Source: Clostridia bacterium
Lineage (GTDB): Bacteria > Bacillota > Clostridia > Oscillospirales > Butyricicoccaceae
Assembly (NCBI GenBank): GCA_900763355.1
Contig: CAAFJY010000108.1
Location: forward strand, 1-35,195
Direction: 5' to 3'
DNA length: 35,195 bases
Within the stretch, counting starts at the first letter, position 1, and every line of letters starts with the position of its first letter. The notes beneath the pieces were generated by a model. The model worked only from the letters and a program-made list of their open reading frames with translations, did not search any database and had not been told where the DNA came from. Shown here piece by piece: positions 32,495 to 35,195 of the stretch. Made by a program: the position numbers and the translations under genes.

Positions 32495-35103
32495 GCTTCA
32501 CCTATCCCCTCCAGAGCCGACCGGCCCTGGAGCATCTCTCGCTGACGGTAGAACCGGGGGATTTTTTGGTGCTGTGCGGCCCCTCCGGCTGCGGGAAATC
32601 CACCCTTCTCCGTCAGCTCAAGACCGTTCTGGCCCCCCACGGGACCCGCACGGGCGAAATTCTCATCGAGGGCGTTCCCCTGGATTCCCTGGATCTCCGG
32701 GCCCAGAGCGAGACCGTCGGCTTCGTCCAGCAGAGCCCCGACAACCAGCTGGTCACCGACAAGGTTTGGCACGAGCTGGCCTTTGGCCTGGAGAGCCTGG
32801 GCTATGACACCCCCACCATCCGCCGCCGGGTGGCGGAGATGGCCTCCTTTTTCGGCATCCAGACCTGGTTCCACCGGGAGGTGAGCCAGCTCTCCGGGGG
32901 ACAGAAGCAGCTGCTCAACCTGGCGGCGGTGATGGTTATGCAGCCCCGGATCCTGGTGCTGGACGAGCCCACCAGCCAGCTGGACCCCATTGCCGCGGCC
33001 GATTTCCTGGCCACTCTGGGGAAGATCAACCGGGAGCTGGGGACCACCGTGATTTTGACCGAGCACCGGCTGGAGGACGCCCTCCCCCAGGCCACCCGGG
33101 CCGCCGCCATGGACGGCGGACGGCTCATCGCCTGCGGCACTCCCGCCCAGGTGGGGGAGGCCCTTCAGGGGGCCGGACACCGGATGTTTCTCGCCATGCC
33201 CACCCCCATGCGGGTGTGGGCCGCCGCCGGGGGGCAGGGAGACTGCCCCATCACCGTGCGGGAGGGCCGCCGCTGGCTGGAAGCCTTCGCACAAAACAAT
33301 CCCCTGCGCCCTCTCCCTCCCGCGGAGACGCAGCCCCCTGTGGGGGATGCGGTCCTCTCGGCGGAGGAGGTCTGGTTCCGTTATGAGCCGCAGGGACCCG
33401 ATGTGGTCCGTGGCCTGAGTCTGGAGCTCCGGCGGGGGGAGCTTTTGGCGCTTTTGGGGGGCAACGGCACGGGGAAGAGCACCAGTCTCCGTCTCCTGGC
33501 GGGGATCAGCAAGCCCCAGCGGGGAACGATCACCTGCCGGGGGACGGTGGGCGTTCTGCCCCAGGACCCCCAGACACTTTTCGTCAAAAAGACCGTGCGG
33601 GAGGATCTCTTCGAGATGCTTCCCAAACAGACCGACCGGCGGGAGGAACGGGCCGCCCGGGTTGCAGCCCTCTGCCAGCTGGAGGAGCTGCTGGACCGGC
33701 ACCCCTATGACCTCTCCGGCGGGGAGCAGCAGCGGGCCGCTCTGGCGAAAATTCTGCTGCTGGAACCCGATATTTTGCTCCTGGACGAGCCCACCAAGGG
33801 GCTGGACGCCGCCTTTAAGGAGGGCTTTGCCCAAATTCTCCGCCAGCTCCAGGCCGAGGGCCGCGCCATCCTCATGGTGAGCCACGACGTGGAGTTCTGC
33901 GCCCGCAACGCCGGGCGCTGCGCCCTCTTTTTCGATGGGGGTATCGTCACCCAGGGCCCGGCCCGGGCCTTTTTCTCCGGAAACAGCTTTTACACCACCG
34001 CCGCCGACCGGATGGGGCGCAGCGTCTGCCCCGGCGCCGTCACGGCGGAGGATCTCATGACCGTCTGCGGGGGCCAGGTGCCCCCCAGGCCCCCTCTGCG
34101 GGAGGATATCCCGCCCCTGCCCCCGCCGGCTCCCGAGACGGCCGACTGGAAGCCCCGGAAGCTCCCCCTCTGGCGGCGGGCGGTGGCCGCGGTGTCCGGG
34201 GGAGCGGCGCTCGCCATTTTTGCCTATGCCCTCAGCGTCACCGACCTGTCCCAGGTGGTGGGGCCGCAGGGACTGACGGCACTCAGCCGGAGCCAGGCGG
34301 CGCTGTACGGCGGGCTCATCCTGGCCCTCTTTGTCTTTGCCGCGGCGGTGAGCCGCAAAAGCGCCCTGCCCCCCGCGGTGCTCCAGATCCCCAAAGAAAA
34401 GCGGAAGCTGGGCAAGCGCACGGCAGCGGCCATGGGGCTCATTCTGCTGCTCATCCCCCTCACCCTCTTTGTGGGGGTGACCTATCTGGGCGGGCGGAAG
34501 TACTATTTCATCGCGCTGCTGATTTTGCTGGAGGCCATGCTCCCCTTTTTTCTGGTGTTCGAGGGGCGCAAGCCCCAGGCCCGGGAGCTGGTGGTCATCG
34601 CCGTCCTCTGTGCCCTCACCGTGGCGGGACGGGCCATGTTCTTCATGCTGCCGGAGTTCAAGCCGGTGGTTGCCATGACCATCCTGGCCGGGGTGGCCTT
34701 TGGGGGCGAGACGGGATTTTTGGTGGGGGCCATGTCCATGCTGGTGTCCAATATGCTCTTTTCCCAGGGGCCCTGGACCCCGTGGCAGATGTTCGCCATG
34801 GGGATCATCGGCTTCCTGGCCGGGGTGCTCTACCGCCGGGGGCTGCTGCGCCGCAGCCGGGGGAGTTTGTGCATTTTCGGGGCCATCGTCTCGGTGGTGG
34901 TCTATGGGGGGATCATGAACCCCGCCTCGGCCATTATGTGGACGGGGACGCTGGACGGCAAGACCCTGCTGACCTATTACCTCACCGGTGTCCCCGTGGA
35001 CCTGGTGCGGGGAGCGGCCACCGCCCTCTTCCTCTGGATCGGGGGCGAGCCCCTGCTGGAAAAGCTCGACCGCATCAAGGTCAAATACGGGCTGGTGGAA
35101 TAA
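32467..35103 (+). CDS. Fused ECF ATPase: tandem ABC nucleotide-binding domains (EcfA1-EcfA2-like) plus a C-terminal ~9-10-TM, S-component-like membrane domain (878 aa)
   Basis: NBD1 has GPSGCGKST, LSGGQKQ and ILVLDEPTSQLD. NBD2 (from ~33355) has GGNGTGKST, LSGGEQQR and ILLLDEPTKGLD. The membrane domain runs from ~34150; it includes LVVIAVLCALTVAGRAMFFML, MLFSQGPWTPWQMFAMGIIGFLAG, and a C-terminal LVRGAATALFLWIGGEPLL. The gene starts 28 nt inside ecfT. Confidence 0.85.
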   Translation: MAAIELRDLSFTYPLQSRPALEHLSLTVEPGDFLVLCGPSGCGKSTLLRQLKTVLAPHGTRTGEILIEGVPLDSLDLRAQSETVGFVQQSPDNQLVTDKVWHELAFGLESLGYDTPTIRRRVAEMASFFGIQTWFHREVSQLSGGQKQLLNLAAVMVMQPRILVLDEPTSQLDPIAAADFLATLGKINRELGTTVILTEHRLEDALPQATRAAAMDGGRLIACGTPAQVGEALQGAGHRMFLAMPTPMRVWAAAGGQGDCPITVREGRRWLEAFAQNNPLRPLPPAETQPPVGDAVLSAEEVWFRYEPQGPDVVRGLSLELRRGELLALLGGNGTGKSTSLRLLAGISKPQRGTITCRGTVGVLPQDPQTLFVKKTVREDLFEMLPKQTDRREERAARVAALCQLEELLDRHPYDLSGGEQQRAALAKILLLEPDILLLDEPTKGLDAAFKEGFAQILRQLQAEGRAILMVSHDVEFCARNAGRCALFFDGGIVTQGPARAFFSGNSFYTTAADRMGRSVCPGAVTAEDLMTVCGGQVPPRPPLREDIPPLPPPAPETADWKPRKLPLWRRAVAAVSGGAALAIFAYALSVTDLSQVVGPQGLTALSRSQAALYGGLILALFVFAAAVSRKSALPPAVLQIPKEKRKLGKRTAAAMGLILLLIPLTLFVGVTYLGGRKYYFIALLILLEAMLPFFLVFEGRKPQARELVVIAVLCALTVAGRAMFFMLPEFKPVVAMTILAGVAFGGETGFLVGAMSMLVSNMLFSQGPWTPWQMFAMGIIGFLAGVLYRRGLLRRSRGSLCIFGAIVSVVVYGGIMNPASAIMWTGTLDGKTLLTYYLTGVPVDLVRGAATALFLWIGGEPLLEKLDRIKVKYGLVE

Positions 35104-35120
35104 AAAAGAAAAAACAAAAA

Positions 35121-35145
35121 GCGGTCCTTCATGGACCGCTTTTTT
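35121..35145 (+). terminator. Rho-independent terminator after the ECF operon
   Basis: An A-rich run, then GCGGTCC ttcat GGACCGC followed by TTTTTT. Confidence 0.85.
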
Positions 35146-35195
35146 GCGCCGCGCCGCAAGTGCCGGGGTACGAGTGAGGGGGCGGAAATCTCCTG

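Noticed and set aside
2161-33885. Other long antisense or out-of-frame ORFs: 2161-3450(-), 3648-5552(+), 6468-7487(+), 15818-17215(-), 17453-18514(-), 18587-19786(-), 18720-20516(-), 21667-22827(-), 23852-26104(-), 26795-29011(-), 28939-31107(-), 32377-33885(-), plus the many 60-220-aa Arg/Pro/Gly-rich ORFs.
   Set aside because: - Of the 12 long ORFs named here, the 11 whose register I checked each lie in codon register with at least one credible gene on the opposite strand; I did not check 21667-22827(-).
- All have low-complexity, R/P/G/A-dominated translations without recognisable motifs.
- Several run straight across riboswitches, terminators or intergenic regions (for example 26795-29011 and 28939-31107).
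- They are typical high-GC shadow ORFs.
1-35195. Search by eye for mobile elements, CRISPR arrays, tRNA/rRNA genes, prophage or defence genes.
   Set aside because: I saw no transposase, integrase or recombinase-like translation, no regularly spaced direct repeats, and no cloverleaf-like or rRNA-like segments. I noticed no long low-GC stretch that would suggest recent horizontal insertion. This check was visual only and could miss small elements.

Overview
The window is high-GC (roughly two-thirds G+C by eye) and looks like a Clostridia/Firmicutes chromosomal segment. I support 17 CDS. I saw no rRNA, tRNA, CRISPR array, transposase or integrase. All domain and RNA-family calls come from reading motifs in the supplied translations and DNA; no search was run.

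Layout:
(1) 121-3495 (+): serC, a short-form serA-like dehydrogenase and a DUF1015 gene.
(2) 3693-7795 (-): a translationally coupled YtrA-type GntR operon (regulator, two membrane proteins, an ABC ATPase and a 550-aa secreted protein). It is driven by a consensus TTGACA-17-TATAAT promoter buried in a 53-bp palindrome.
(3) 7.9-35.1 kb, all on the + strand:
- a cobalamin riboswitch plus terminator, followed by a 2405-aa SLH-anchored giant surface protein;
- a 1207-aa membrane-tethered repeat protein with a DUF4430-like module and an extracellular CxxC-repeat tail;
- a MoxR AAA+ / DUF58 / TgpA-like transglutaminase-fold triad, in which the nucleophile Cys appears replaced by Asp;
- a 1561-aa secreted protein with cadherin-like, beta-propeller and Big_3 modules;
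- a second, more compact cobalamin riboswitch plus terminator;
- an SLH-anchored alpha-toroid protein, a membrane-tethered DUF4430 (transcobalamin-like C-terminal domain) protein, EcfT, and a fused EcfA1-EcfA2-membrane (S-component-like) polypeptide.

Main hypothesis (inference): the ~27 kb running from the first riboswitch through the second riboswitch-controlled operon is a multi-tier cell-surface corrinoid (vitamin B12) capture-and-relay system of an S-layer-bearing monoderm. It includes a split bacterial counterpart of transcobalamin, and an embedded MoxR/DUF58/TGase-fold module of unknown role.

The many very long antisense ORFs, including a 2427-aa one, are codon-register shadows and are rejected.
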